Origin: Malacoraja senta
Taxonomy: Eukaryota
Direction of reading: 5' to 3'
NCBI GenBank assembly: GCA_038087875.1
Contig: CM075977.1
Location: forward strand, 111,228,001-111,292,000
Length of the DNA: 64,000 nt
In this document: one piece after another, positions 22,811 through 36,660 of the stretch
Position numbering within the stretch: position 1 is the stretch's first letter
Layout: each line of letters begins with the position of its first letter
Translations under genes and position numbers: made by a program
The notes under the pieces: model-generated
Database searches by the model: none
Seen by the model: the letters and a program-made list of their open reading frames with translations, nothing else
What the model was told of the DNA's origin: nothing

Positions 22811-24056
22811 ATTTATGACATTGTTGTTGGTGAGACCTTATTTTCCTCAGACTCACTGTGCTATTTCTATACATTTTGTACTTAATCTAGGATTGTGCTT
22901 AAGTACGGTTGCACTTTACTGAACTGTATGCAAAGAAAAAGAATTTCACCGTACATGTGCTTGTAGATACTTGCACATCAAACACTATGAAGGTGTCAGT
23001 GAAAGAATTATTGAATGCAGAGAGTGAGTTACAGTGAGCTTTCTACTCAAAGCGTCGTATAGTATGCAATATGTCTTTCAGCCCGACTTGTTCATGCTAA
23101 CCAATATGCCTATCTACGCTAATCCCATTTTACCACATTTTATAAATTCACAGCAGCAGAATCTGGCCATACGGCCCATCGAGTCTACTCCGCCATTCAA
23201 TCATGGCCGATCTATCCCTCTCAACCCCATTCTCCTGTCTTCTTCCTGTCACCCGTACTAATCAAGAAACTGTCAATTTCCGCTTTAAAAATACCCAATG
23301 GCTTGGCAATGAATTCCACAGGTTCACCACCCTCTGACTAAAGATATTTCTCCTCATCTTCTTTCTAAAGGAACGTCCTTTTATTCTTCTGGTCCTTTAC
23401 TCTCCGCTAGTGGAAACATTTCCCTCTTACCTGATCCCAGTGCTATTCTGCTGTTGTCCCACCTACCTTTCTCTACCCCCCCCACTCCCCCTCCCTCTTC
23501 CCTTGCACCTATATCTCTCCCTCTGGCTTTACATTTCACTGAGCTTTCAAAACTCTTCTCTCCTATCAACACCCTTTTGTCTACTTTAGTCCCCTTTTGT
23601 TTCCCCTTCATCTCTGTCCTTTATGCACCCATCTGCCAAATTTAAAAAAAAAATCCCTCACCTGTATCCAACTATCACCTGCCAGGCTTTGTCCTGCCCC
23701 CATCCCTTTTACAGCTTTCTCTCTCCCCCATCCCCTCCCACTACAATCAGTTTGAAGAAAGGTCCTGACCCAAAAAGTCGCTTATCCATGTCCACGAGAG
23801 GTGCTGCTTGACCCGCTGAAATACTCTGGCACTTTGTGTTCTGCCGACATTTGAGATGAATAAAGGTGCAGCGTATGTCGAAAGGGCCGAGAACCAAGTA
23901 AGCTCCACACTTCCGTGCCTCTTGGTAACTTGTCAGTGGTTGGTTTCAGCGACAATGCTCAGGGACACACCAACCTTTTCTTCCCCTCTGAGAAATATAT
24001 CTGATTCCACTGCCTTCTCCGGCAGTGAGTTCAGGACATTAACCTCCAGAACATGT

Positions 24057-24368
24057 GGCAGCACAGTGGCGCAGTGGTAGAATTGCTGTCTCACGGCGGC
24101 AGAGATCCCGACCACGGGTGCTGCATGTATGGAGTTTGTACGTTCTCCCCGTGATCGTGTGGGTTTTCTCTGGGTGCTCTGGCTTTGTCCCACACTCCAA
24201 AGATATACTGGTTTGTAATTGGCTTCGGAAAAATGGTACATTGTCCCTAGTGTGTGTAGGATAGTGTTAGTGTGCGGGGATCGTAGGTCGACGCAGACTC
24301 GGTGGGCCGTAGGGCCTGTTTCTGCACTGTTTCACAAAACTAAAAACTAAACTAAATTAAACTAAATT
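24057..24368 (+). mobile_element. HE1-like V-SINE
   Basis: A box GGCGCAGTGG, V-domain and (AAACT)n tail. Confidence 0.85.
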
Positions 24369-24439
24369 CAAAACAAAAAAAAGTTAAAATGTTAAAGATT
24401 GCTCTTTTAAAGTCTTTATGCACGGTGAGATTTTTGGAT

Positions 24440-24715
24440 AGTGGTGCAGCGGTGGAGTTGCTGCCTTACAGTGCCTGAGACCTGGGTTCAATCCTGACTA
24501 TGGGTGCTGCATGTATGCAGTTTGTACATTCTTCCTGTGACCAGGTGGGTTTTCTACAGCTTCTCCGGTTTCCTTCCACATTCCAACGACGTGCAAGTTT
24601 GTAGGTTAATTGGCTTCCATAAATTGACCCCAGTGTTTAGGATAGAACTGGTGTACGTGCGATCGCTGGTCGGCGCGAACACAACGCTGTATCTCCAAAA
24701 TAAATTAAACTCGAA
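24440..24715 (+). mobile_element. HE1-like V-SINE
   Basis: GGTGCAGCGG / GGGTTCAATCC boxes; ends about 35 nt from the TESK1 donor site. Confidence 0.8.
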
Positions 24716-24748
24716 GGAACGAAATAAATGCAGGGTGCTTGTTGTTAC

Positions 24749-24832
24749 CTCAGTGCGGGGCATGTAGTCGGGGTCAGCGGGTATTCTGGCAATCATCTCG
24801 CACAGAATGATGCCGAAAGCGAAGATATCCGT
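24749..24832 (-). CDS. TESK1: TESK1-like kinase exon (subdomain IX)
   Basis: 84 nt, phase 0/0, acceptor ATGCAG, donor GTAACA; encodes TDIFAFGIILCEMIARIPADPDYMPRTE. Confidence 0.95.
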
Positions 24833-25722
24833 CTGCATCAGGGAGAGAAGGAAGCAACATTTTAAATGGAAGATGTGGTCACAGACTGCCAATCGACCCA
24901 TTGTTCCCATCTCAACAAGGGAACTTTGAGTGATATTTATTCTTTGGTTTGAACAATAGGCTTGATCCCATTTACACTGTCCGTACACGGAAAGTGTCTT
25001 CAAATCAACCTTCTCCTTTAGAAAAAAAGACAATTGAGCTATGGGACAAGCAAAGGAAGACACCAAGTGCTGGAGTAACTCGGCAGTTCCTTGTATCTCC
25101 AAAGGTTTAGGGGATATTCCTCGAGGGATAATTCTACTCCTATAACTTGTGTGAACTTTAGACCGGGTATCAAGGGTTATGGGGAGAAGGCAGGAAAATG
25201 GGATTAGGAGGCAGAGATCAGGCATGATTGAATGGCAGAATAGACTTGATGGGCCGAATGGCCTAATTCTACTATAACCTGTGTGTGATATGGACTAGGC
25301 GAGGGCAAATGGATGGGACATCTTGATTGGCAACTCAAATACCAAGAAAGGAAGAAGATTGCATAAAGTGGAGAAAACGGCCGGGTCCATCACGGGTACT
25401 GACCTCCCCTTCATCAACGGGACCTACATGAGGTACGGCCTCTAAACGTCAGCCCGCATTATCAGAGACCCACACTACCCTGGGTACAATCCCATTTCAC
25501 TCCTGCCATCGGGAAGAAGGTATAGGAGCCTTGGAGGTATAGAGGTAAACTATAATGACCAGGTTGAGGAGCAACAACCTTTAGGCTATCAAACAGCACA
25601 ACTCCAAATAAACTCTGAAATACCTAAACTTGGGGGCATACCCAACTTGTTTCATACACGGAGTTTCATTGTCATATGTCCCAGAAAGGAACAAGGAATA
25701 TATATAGACACAAACACAAATA

Positions 25723-25726
<4 letters not shown>

Positions 25727-25768
<42 letters not shown>

Positions 25769-25774
25769 TATATA
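25727..25774. repeat. (TA)n microsatellite
   Basis: Directly visible. Confidence 0.95.
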
Positions 25775-26015
25775 CACACACTAGAGCATAATTTTATATA
25801 TACACAAAAAAACTTTTTGTTTCTTATGGGTTTTACAGAGTTCTATCTTTACATGTCCGTTGTGCTGCTGCAAGTAAGATATTAATTGTTCTGTTTCAGG
25901 ACATATGACAATAAAACACTCTTGACCCCTTAAAGGGCCTTTTCCGTGCTCTCTGACTGCACCCTTGTCGCGGGGGGTCATGTGTTACTGTGAGAGTGGC
26001 CGCGTGCTTGCGTTA

Positions 26016-26138
<123 letters not shown>

Positions 26139-26164
26139 TCACCAGTGTGTGACCATGTAACTTC

Positions 26165-26600
26165 GTTAAAAACAGGCCAACTTGGTTAAAATCCTACTCA
26201 CAGCTGGCAGAAAGGCCATTACAAGAAACTGGCTTGCAGCGGACACACCCAGACTTAGACAATGGTTAGACATCGTACAGGAAATATTTGTGATGGGGAA
26301 AATTACATATTCTCTAAGAGTGAAAGAAGACGAGTTTAACTGAAAATGGGGAAAATGGATTAGGTATAGAAATAAAGACATCAACACTGTATATTTTTAT
26401 TGACAATAATGTAAGTTATTGGAAAATGTTTTAATAAGAAAATAGTTCTGTATACTGCATCATTAATTGTAAACTGCACTGTTGTACGTTTCACTGCATT
26501 GTTGTATGTTTCGTTGTTATATTTGTGTTTTATTTGTGTATGTATAAAAGCATAAAAAGCATAAAAGCAATAAAGACTAAAGTGAAAAAAAAAACAGGCC
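26165..26600 (+). mobile_element. L1/Tx1-clade LINE 3' fragment
   Basis: LVKILLTAGRKAITRNWL...WLDIVQEIFVMGKITYSLR...KWGKW, followed by an AT-rich UTR and A-rich tail. Confidence 0.7.
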
Positions 26601-26624
26601 AGCTGATGAACAGGTAATACAGAT

Positions 26625-27660
26625 GTCATGCTTGCCAGGAGCGGCACAACACCACACAACACGCTGCCTCGGCAAGGCCAGCAGCATAATCAAGGACCAG
26701 TCTCAACCTGGTCACGCCCTCCTCTCCCCTCTCCCATCAGGCAAGAGGTATAGAAGTGTGAAAACGCACACCCCCAGATTCAGGGACAGTTTCTTCCCAG
26801 CTGTTATCAGGCAACTGAACCATGCTATCACCAACTAGAGAGCAGCCCTGAGTAGAAGCAGACATACTAGCCTGGTAGACACGAGCTTGAACAGAACCTT
26901 GCGAACCATCACTGGGTGCCTTCAACCTACTCCAATCGAGCAGCTCCCTATACTTGCAGGCATTCCGCCTGCAGGGATCGAAAGCAAGTAGCAAGTCTGG
27001 CACTATCTCGTCGTGCCATAGACCCAGATCACCTCCTCCATCAGGCTATCAGCAGAGAGCAGAGGCCACCCTGACTGAATTCCCGTCACCCCTTTGCTCC
27101 ACATGGAAAACAACTATCATCCATCCAGCCAACTGAGACAAAAGCACACTGGATAGCCACCAAGTAGTCACAGGAGTGGAAGGCAACCTCATCTTCATTA
27201 CACAGCTACATCTCTTCACCAGATAAAAGCTGTCCAGGGTCTGACCTCCCCAGAGGAGCATGGGTGAAGCTCAACAGACTTGGTACTGGAGTTGGGCATT
27301 TCAATGCCAGCATGTGGAGATGGGGGCTCCACCAGAGCCCAGCCTGTGAATGCGGAGCACAGCCAACCATGTCATCTCTGGGTGCCTGCTCTACCACCCA
27401 CCAAATGGAGCTCAGGGCCCGGCAAACATCGACGCAGAGACAACAACCTGGCTGCTCAACACCCGGCTTGAGATCTAACTACTCCTTTGGCTTATTTATG
27501 TTTCATTCCCAAGAAGAAGAAGGTACCATCTACCTCATTGGAGACATTCGGATTATTTTACTGGACTATATCTTGCACTAGACATTATTCCCTTTATCCT
27601 GTATCTGTACACTGTGGACGGTTCGATTGTAAACATGTACAGTTGTACCGCTGACTGGAT
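26625..27660 (+). mobile_element. Rex1-type LINE 3' end, split by an RTE insertion
   Basis: RCLGKASSIIKDQSQPGHALLSPLPSGKRYRSVKTHTPRFRDSFFPAVIRQLN; the UTR resumes at 27522 (GTACCATCTACCTCATTGGAGAC). Confidence 0.8.
26851..27521 (+). mobile_element. RTE-clade LINE 3' fragment
   Basis: KLNRLGTGVGHFNASMWRWGLHQSPACECG zinc-knuckle-like region; (GAA)n tail. Confidence 0.7.
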
Positions 27661-27854
27661 ATGGCCATTGCTTTAAGAGGTGGCTGCAGAGATTGCACAC
27701 CGCTGTCCATTGTTGGAACTTGCAATTCAGTGCATCTTACAATGGTGCCACTGAGTAGTACAGCACGGAATCAGGCCCCTCGACCCACCTTGTCCATGCC
27801 GACTAAGTTGGTATATTGGGCCTGTCCCAGTTGCCTGCATTTCACAATGGCAGG

Positions 27855-28890
27855 CAGTGACTAGTGGGGTACCGCAAGGCTCAGTGCTGGGACCCCAGCT
27901 ATTTACGATATATATTAATGATTTGGACGAGGGAATTGAATGCAACATCTCCAAGTTTGCGGATGACACGAAGCTGGGGGGCAGTGTTAGCTGTGAGGAG
28001 GATGCTCGGAGGCTGCAAGGTGACTTGGATAGGCTGGGTGAGTGTGCAAATGCATGGCAGATGCAGTATAATGTGGATAAATGTGAGGTTGTCCACTTTG
28101 GTGGCAAAAACAGGAAAGTAGACTATTATCGGAATGGTGGCCGATTAGGAAAGGGGAGATGCAACGAGACCTGGGTGTCATGGTACACCAGTCATTAAAA
28201 GTAGGCATGCAGGTGCAGCAGGCAGTGAAGAAGGCGAATGGTATGTTAGCATTCATAGCAAAAGGATTTGAGTATAGGAGCAGGGAGGTTCTACTGCAGT
28301 TCTACAGGGTCTTGGTGAGACCACACCTGGAGTATTGCGTACAGTTTTGGTCTCCTAATCTGAGGAAAGACATTCTTGCCAAAGAGGGAGTACAGAGAAG
28401 GTTCATCAGACTGATTCCTGGGATGTCAGGACTTTCATATGAAGAAAGACTGGATAGACTCGGTTTGTACTCGCTAGAATTTAGAAGATTGAGGGGGGAT
28501 CTTATAGAAACGTACAAAATTCTTAAGGGGTTGGACAGGCTAGATGCAGGAAGATTGTTCCCGATGTTGGGGAAGTCCAGAACAAGGGGTCACAGTTTAA
28601 GGATAAGGGGGAAATCTTTTAGGACCGAGATGAGGAAAACATTTTTCACACAGTGAGTGGTGAATCTCTGGAATTCTCCGCTACAGAAGGTAGTTGAGGC
28701 CAGTTCATTGGCTATATTTAAGAGGAAGTTAGATGTGGCCCTTGTGGCTAAAGGGATCAGTGGGTATGGAGAGAAAGCAGGTACAGGATACTGAGTTGGA
28801 TGATCAGCCATGATCATATTGAATGGCGGTGCAGGCTCGAAGGGCCGAATGGCCTACTCCTGCACCTATTTTCTATGTTTCTATGTTTCT
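27855..28890 (+). mobile_element. CR1 (HER1-like) LINE, 5'-truncated, little decayed
   Basis: GVPQGSVLGPQLFTIYINDL...KFADDTKLGG; C-terminal ORF 28159-28656; (TTTCTATG)n tail. Confidence 0.93.
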
Positions 28891-29502
28891 ATTTAGCTCA
28901 TATCTCTGATCTTCAAACCTAACAGTTTAAAATGACTGTAAACATCACTACAGTGATACTCAACGCTATTTTAACCAATAACTGAAGTGTGAAACAAAAT
29001 CTAATCTTCAGGGTTTTATTAAAATTATCTGGTATACATCTTGAACTAATTTAATCTGCAGTTGAGATGCACTTTGAGGCATCATATAACCAAACAAACA
29101 CGCAGCAGGAATAGGCCACACAATCCCTTTAACTTGTTCTGACATTTTTAATAAGATCAGGGATAATTCAATTCCCATTTTCCTATCTATTCCCGGTGAC
29201 CTTTCCAGATCTTTTCTGATCAAATACCGTCCCATCTCTGTCGTAAAACTTCCATGGAGGAAGGCTTTCGAAGACTCACAACATCTCTGGGAGACCTTTG
29301 GGTCGATGGTGGAGAAAGTTAGCAGCTTCAAATACCTACGGGTTAACATCTTGGACGATCAACCCTGGGACAAGAACCTCGATACAATCACGAAGAAGGT
29401 TCATCGGCACATCTACTTTCTTGGAATTTTAAAGAGATTCGGTTTATCTCCAAATACCCTAATCAAAATCTTTACTGGTGTACCATAGAAAGTATCCTTT
29501 AG

Positions 29503-29797
29503 ACATTAAACTTATAGATACAGCGCAGAAGCACGCCCTTCGGCCCACCCAGTCCGTGCCAAACAGCGATCCCCATACACAAGCACCATCCCACACACGG
29601 GGCACAATTTACAATTTTACCGAAGCCAATTAAACTACAAACCCACACGTCTTTGGAGTGGGGGGGGGGGACCGGAGCACCCGAAGTAAACAAGGAGAAC
29701 GTACAAACTCCGTACAGACAGCACCCATGGTCAGGATCGAACCCGGATATCTGGTGCTCTAAAGCAGCAACTCTACTGCTGCGCCACCGTGCCGCCC
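29503..29797 (-). mobile_element. HE1-like V-SINE inserted in a Rex1 fragment
   Basis: Rex1 text GAAAGTATCCT occurs on both sides (about 29488 and 29828). Confidence 0.8.
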
Positions 29798-30109
29798 TCT
29801 AAACAAAATCTTTACAGATACACTGCAGAAAGTATCCTGACTGGTTGCATCATGGCCTAGTACAGATATTCCAAAACACAGGGACTCACGCGGCTGAAGA
29901 GAACGAGGAGGGACCTGGCGGCAGTAGGCCTGGTTGTCCGCTGCGTGAAGATGAGACTGTTCAATAAACCTTTGTAACTTTGTTGGCGCTGGAAACAGGG
30001 GACCCTTTAGGTACTGCCTAGGTGAGGTCGACTGGACGATTTGCACACACCGGATTGTGTGCAAACACAAAGAATTTCACTGGACCTAGGTACATGTGAC
30101 AGAAAAGTA

Positions 30110-30570
30110 TAATTGAATCATGGAGTGGTGGACTCAGGCCGGTCCATCACGGGCACAGCCCTCCCCACCATCGACAGCATCTACACCAGGCGCTGCTTCA
30201 AGAAGGAGGCATCTATCATCAAGGATCCCCACCATCCGGGCCGTGCCCTCTTCTCACTGCTACCGTCGGGCAGGAGGTACAGAAGCCTGAAGTCCCACAC
30301 CACCAGCTTCAGGAACAGCTACTTCCCTGCAACCATTGGGTTCTTGAACCAACCCGCAGCACCCTAATCCTAATCCCACCTCGGCAACAGAACACCACGG
30401 TCCACCTCTTGCTCTACCGGGGACTTGTTTTTCTTCATTTCTAATTATGTTATTGCACTGCACTTGTTTTTTTTTGCAGTCTTCTTTCTTTTTGAATGTT
30501 ATGAATAACTTGTTTTATGCGTATGTTTCTTTGCGTCTGTGTGCCTGTGGTGCTGCTGCAAGCAAGATCA
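30110..30570 (+). mobile_element. Rex1-type LINE 3' end
   Basis: ORF 30113-30367 SIIKDPHHPGRALFSLLPSGRRYRSLKSHTTSFRNSYFP. Confidence 0.85.
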
Positions 30571-30589
30571 TTCATTGTATCTGAGATTG

Positions 30590-31235
30590 AGTTTATTTTT
30601 TTGTCACGTGGACTGAGGTTCAGTGAAAAGCGTTTGTTGCGTGCTAACCAGTCAGCGGAAAGACAACACGTGATTACAATCCAGCCGTCCACAGTGTACG
30701 GATACATGATAACAGGAACGTGATAAACATGAATAACATTTAGTGTCAAATAAAACCAGTAAAGTGCGATCATTGATAGTTTGAGGGTCTCATGGGAGGC
30801 CAGCTCCGCTCTCTAGTTGTTGGTAGAATGGTTCAGTTGCCTGATAACAGCTGGGAAGAAACTGTCCCTGAATCTGGAGGTGTGCGTTTTCACACTTCTC
30901 TACCTCTTGCCTGATGGGAGAGGGGAGAAGAGGGAGTGACCGGGGTGAGACTGGTCCTTGATGATGCTGCTGGCCTTGCCGCGGCAACGTGAGGTGCAAA
31001 TGAAGTCAATGGAAGGGAGGTTGGTTTGTGCGGTGGTCTGGGCTGCGTCCTCAATTCTCTGCAATTTCTTGGATGGAATTGATCCCAAATCGTGTCATTT
31101 TGCATGCCAATAAAATGTTCTATCGTGCATGTGTAGAAGTTGTTGAGAGATATAGGGGACATGCCGAACTTCCTAAGCCTTCTAAGGAAGGAAAGCTGTT
31201 GGTGTGCATTGTACATTGTACATTGTACCAGATTT
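30590..31235 (-). mobile_element. Rex1-type LINE 3' end
   Basis: ORF 30900-31088 SRCRGKASSIIKDQSHPGHSLFSPLPSGKR; UTR and tail. Confidence 0.85.
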
Positions 31236-32036
31236 TTTAGTGCATCCATGATTGCATCAAATGTCAGAAAAGATGTGAGGGATTGAGGGACATTCCTGCT
31301 CACCTCCGGACTTTGACGTATCATCTGTTTATCAAAACCACTCACCTATGACCTGCCGAACTTTGTCCTGCCCCTCCTCTCTTCTAGGTTTTTCTCCCTC
31401 CACCCCTGCAATCAGTCTGAAGAAGGGTCCTGAGCAGAAACGTCACCTATCCATGTTCTCCAGAGATGCTGCCTGACCCGCTGAGTTACTCCAGCACTCT
31501 GTGTCTTTCTTATTCCTGCTACTTGCGTGTTTGTTCATATGCTGTATCAATATACTTGTGATATATCACAACCACATATATCACCACCATAGATTAAATT
31601 AGTTCAGGAAGTATACAGTATAATTCTGATAGACCATGAAGATTAGATATTGTTTCACACTCCATGTATCGATGTTAAAATAGCATTGGCTGCCACTGTA
31701 ATGTTATTTAGACTTTAGACTTTGGAGATACAACGCGGAAACAGGCCCTTCAGCCCGCTGAGTCCTTGACGACCAGCGATCACCCCGTACATTGACACTA
31801 TCTTACACACTCGGAACAATTTACAATTTTACGGAAGCCAATTAACCAGGCCGTGTTGCAACCAGTCAAGATATGTTCCACAGTACATCTCCAAAGGTTG
31901 TTAAGAGTATTCAAAGACATACAGAATATCCTTAAACCAATCTTGTGATAATAAACGAGGTGCAGATGCTGGTTTACAATAAAGTGCTGGAGTAACGCGA
32001 CAGGTCAGACAGCATCTCTATAGAACATGGACAGAT

Positions 32037-32320
32037 TTAGACTTTGGAGATACAGTACGGAAACAGGCCCAGCGGGTCTGGGCCAACCAGTGGTCACCCC
32101 GTACGCCAGCACTATCCTACACACTCGGGACAATTTACAATTTTTTACCAAAGACAAACCTACAAACCTGTACATATTTGGAATGCGGGAGGAAACAAGA
32201 GCACCCGGAGAAAACCCTTGCGGTCAAAGGGAGAACTCCATACAGGCAGCACCAGTAGTCAAGAACTAACCCTGATCTCTGGCGCTGTAAGGCAGCAACT
32301 CAACTGCTGTGCCACCATGC
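32037..32320 (-). mobile_element. HE1-like V-SINE
   Basis: Tail, V-domain and head on the minus strand. Confidence 0.8.
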
Positions 32321-32489
32321 TGGCCATTTTGGGACTAAGAAAAAGGGTCCTGTCCTGAAATGTCGCTGTCCACGTTCTTCAGAGATTATGCTTGACCCAC
32401 TGAGTTACGCTAGCACTTTGCGTTTTTTCTTGTGACAATAAACCTAAACTCATCTCCATCTTAACTTGGTGACCCCATATTTTATAAAT

Positions 32490-33190
32490 CCAAGACCGCA
32501 AGAAATTGCAGAGTTGTGGACGCAGCCCAGACCTTCACACAGACCAACCTCTCTTCCATTGACTCAATTTACACTTCACGCTGCCTCGGCAAGGCCAGCA
32601 GCATCATCAAGGACCAGTCTCACCCCGGTCACACCCTCTTCTCCTCTCTCCCACCAGTCAAGAGGTACAGAAGCGTGAAAACACACACCTCCAGATTCAG
32701 GGACAGTTTCTTCCCAGCTGTTATCAGGCAACTGAACCATCCTATTAACAACAAAGAATGGTAGCCACAAAAAGCTGAACTCAGCAGGTCAGGCAGCATC
32801 TCTGGAGAGAAGGAATGGGTGACGTTTCGGGTCGAGACCCTTCTACAATCTGAAGAAGGGTCTCGACCCTCAACATCATCCATTCTTTCTCTCCAGAGAT
32901 GCTGCCTGTCCTGCTGATACTCCAGCATTTTCTGTCTATCTTCGATTTAAACCAACATCTGCAGTTCTTTCCTGCACAACTAGAGAGTGGTCCTGAGCTA
33001 CTATTTACCTCATTGGAGATGGACACTATCTTTCTGGGCTTCACTGGACTTTATCTTGCACTAAACATTATTTCCTTTATCCTGTGCCTGTACACTGTGG
33101 ACGGCTCGATTGAGTCGGTTTCTTCCGCTGACTGGTTAGTACGCAAAAAAAAAGCTTTTCACTGTACCTCGGTACATGTGACAATATTTT
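32490..33190 (+). mobile_element. Rex1-type LINE 3' end containing a fold-back Penelope-terminus insertion (32775-32975)
   Basis: ORF 32516-32764; CAACTAGAGAGTGGTCCTGAGC resumes at about 32977. Confidence 0.8.
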
Positions 33191-33644
33191 AAACTAAATA
33201 GTGACCTTGTGCCTAGGTTATCCAAGAAGACACACTCCCCACACCCACCCTGTCCGAAGATTTCTCAGGAACGTAAGCTGCCAATAAAAAACTTCAACCA
33301 CTGACATTCGAGGCCGTTTCCAATCCACACTGAACAAACATGCTGTGACAGGCAGACAGACAATCCAATAACTCTGGATTCATTTTACAACCTGGTGCAA
33401 GAGCCTGCCAGGCACTTAACTGTTTATTCAAGAGGTTTGCTTGAGATATCACACTGAACCAAAGGTCAGGCAATAAATATTGTCACATCAAAATGTCAAC
33501 TGTCTCATAGTACCAGAATTTCGTACTTCAGACTGATGTCGCTGGGCCCAGTATAATCTGAACTTACAGCAGTGGTGACTCAGACGGATTGTTACAGCAA
33601 CAACTAGACACAGAATGTTAGCATTTAAAAAAAAAAGGAAACTG

Positions 33645-33932
33645 TATTTAGACCATATACAGCGCGGAAACAGGCCCTTTGGCACCACCAGCCAGCTATC
33701 ACCCATACACTAGCACTATCTTATACACTAGGGACAATTTAGAATTGTTGTGATTTTACAATGTTTACTGAAGCCAGGGAAACCGGAGCACCCAGAAAAC
33801 CCCACGCAGTCACACGGAGAATGTACAAACTCTCTGCGGAGTTTGTACGTTCTCGCTGAGACCGCATGGGCTTTCCCTAGGTGCTCCAGTTTCCTCCCAC
33901 ACTCAAAAGATGTGCAGGTTTGTAGGTTAATT
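33645..33932. repeat. Minus-strand SINE fused to plus-strand SINE at a symmetric V-domain point
   Basis: Junction GTACAAACTCTCTGCGGAGTTTGTAC at about 33822-33848; both heads are absent. Confidence 0.75.
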
Positions 33933-34420
33933 GCATCGTGGCTTGGTTCGGCAACGTGAACGCCCTGGAGCGGAAAAGACTGCAAAAAGTTGTAAACACT
34001 GCATTGTCCATCATCGGCTCTGACCTCCCTACCATCGAGGGGATCTATCGCAGTCGCTGCCTCAAAATGGCTGCCAGCATCGTCAAGGATCCACACTATC
34101 CTGGCCACTCACTCATCTCCCCGCTGCCTTCAGGTAGAAGGTACAGGAGCCTGAAATCTGCAACATCCAGGTTCAGGAATAGCTACTTCCCCACAGCCAT
34201 CAGACTATTAAACTCAACTCAAACAAACTATGATCATTAATAGCCCATTGCACTTTATCTGTTTATTTATGTGTGTGTATTCATTGGTATATGTTCACAC
34301 TGATCTGTTCTGATCTGTTCTGTATTTGTGCCTACTATATTCAGTTGTGTTGAAGCAAAGCAAGAACTTCATTGTCCTGTCTGGGACACATGACAATAAA
34401 CTCTCTTGAATCTTGAATCT
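33933..34420 (+). mobile_element. Rex1-type LINE 3' end inserted in a SINE
   Basis: ORF 33938-34240; tail GACAATAAACTCTCTTGAATCTTGAATCT; the SINE resumes at 34421. Confidence 0.88.
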
Positions 34421-34864
34421 AATTAGCTTAGGTAAAGATTGTAAATTGTGACTAGAATGTAGGATAGTGCTCGTGTACAGGGATCGCAGGTTGGCACGGA
34501 CTTGGTGGGCCGAATGGCCTGTTTCCGCGCTGTATCTCTAAACTAAATCTCCAAGCTAAACTAATTGCCTGGTCCATCACAGGTACTGACCTCCCCACCA
34601 TCAAAGGGATCGAAATGAGGCTCTGCCTCAAAAGAGCAGACAATGTCATCAAAGATCCACATCACCCTGGCCATGCTCTCATCTCGCTGCTACAATCAGG
34701 AAAAAGGTTTCGGAATTTGAAAACTGTGACCACCAGGTTCGAGATAGCTTCTTCCCAGCAACTTGAGCACTAAACACTACTAACCTTGTAGAGAAACTTC
34801 AATGACTGTGTTGCACTAAGGACATTGGGTGTTTTGCACTAGTGGTTATTCATTCACTGCATTT

Positions 34865-35195
34865 TTTTGTTTATTAAATATGAGGGTGTCACAGTGCACC
34901 GTCATATTTCTGGCAGAGACCCGTGTCCGATCTTGACCTCGGCTGCTGTCTGTGTAGAGTTTGCTCATTCTCCCTGTGACCGTGTGGGTTTTCTGCGGGT
35001 GCTCCTGTTTCCTCCCACATCCCAAAGACGTGCGGGTTTGTAAGTTAATTGGCTCTCTGCAAAATTGTCGCTAGTGTGCAGGGAGTGGATGAGAAAGTGG
35101 GATAACATAGAACTAGAGCGAACAGGTGATCGGTGTGGACTCTGTGGGCCGAAGGGCCTGTTTCCGTGCTGTATTTCTAAACAAAACTAGACAAG
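34865..35195 (+). mobile_element. HE1-like V-SINE
   Basis: V-domain, GGGCCGAAGGGCCTGTTTCCGTGCTG tail. Confidence 0.8.
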
Positions 35196-35349
35196 ACTAT
35201 ATTAGTTGTGTTTACTGCCTGTTACGCTGCTACAAGTAGGAATTTCATTGTTCCATTGTCGGTACATATATCGAACTCTTGCACTCAGTACTAGATTACT
35301 ATGCAAGCTGGCTTTCGTTCTGTAACAGTTTTCAGAACATCTGAGTCCT

Positions 35350-35655
35350 TACATCTGAGTTGGGGGAGTCCAGAACCAGGGGCGACAGTTTAGGTAGGCC
35401 ATTTAGAACAGAGATGAGGAAAAAACGTTTTCACTCAGAGAGTTGTGAATTCTCAGAAGGCAGTGGAGGCCAATTCGCTGGATGCTTTTATGAGAGAGTT
35501 AGGTAGAGCTCTTAAAGATAGCGGAGTCAGGGGATATGGGGAGAAGGCAGGACTGGGGTAATGAATGTGGATGATCAGCCATGATCACAGTGAATGGCGG
35601 TGCTGGCTCGAAGGCCTGAATGGCCTACTCCTGCACCTGTTGTCGAATGTCTACT
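35350..35655 (+). mobile_element. CR1 3' end
   Basis: GGGGAGTCCAGAACCAGGGG...GGCTCGAAGGCCTGAATGGCCTACTCC. Confidence 0.8.
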
Positions 35656-36339
35656 GTCTTATCATATTTTCCTGTCTATCACCTCCGACCCTTTATCATT
35701 GTCCAGTTTGCCACGTAACCACATGAACTATCTATCTGATCACACGTCTTCATGAGTTTCCACATGGTGCTCCAGTTTCCGCCAGCGAGGACCTGTAGGT
35801 TAATTGCCCTTCACACTTCACGCTGCCTCGGCAAGGCCACCAGCATAATTAAGAACCAGTTTCATTCCGGACGCTCCCTCTGCTCCACTATCCCATCGGG
35901 CAAGAGGTAGCGAAGTGTGAAACCGCACTCAAAAAAGAGTTCAGGGATATGACAAGTGTACGCCTGGAACAGTGATTGTCCGTAGTACCCTGCAAAGAGG
36001 CAGGCAAAGAGACATACCCTACAAAGAGTGCTGGCTCGAAGGGCCGAATGGCCTACTCCTGCACCTACTGTTCATTGCATAGCTGGGGCCCATGCAAGTG
36101 CAGAGTTAAGAACCAGCCCCACCCCCGTTACTCCCTCTGCTCCCCCATCCCATCAGGCAAGAGGTACAGAAATTTTAAAACGCACACCTCCAGATTCAGG
36201 AACAGATTGCTGGCTGTTATCAGGCAACTGGGTTGGAACCATCCTCTCACCAACCAGAGAGCGGTCCTGACCTCCTATGTACTCGACTGGAGACATTCAA
36301 ACTATCTTTATTCGGACTTTACTGGACTTTATCTTGTAG

Positions 36340-36660
36340 TCAAGTCAAGTGAGTTTAGTGTCATGTGTCCCTGATAGGACAATGAAATTCTTGCTTTGCT
36401 TCAGCACAACAGAACATAGTAGGAATTTACTACAAAACAGATCAGTGTGTCCATATACCATTATATAAATAAAGTGCAAATAACAGATAATGGGTTATTA
36501 ATGATCAGAGTTTTGTCCGAGCCAGGTTTAATAGCCTGATGGCTGTGGGGAAGTAGCTATTCCTGAACCTGGTTGTTGTACCTTCTACCTGAAGGTAGCA
36601 GGGACATGAGTGTGTGGCCAGGATGGTGTGGGTCTTTGATGATACTGCCAGCCTTTTTGA
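36340..36660 (-). mobile_element. Rex1-type LINE 3' end
   Basis: Reverse strand AAAAAGGCTGGCAGTATCATCAAAGACCCACACCATCCTGGCCAC; (CTTGA)n tail. Confidence 0.75.
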
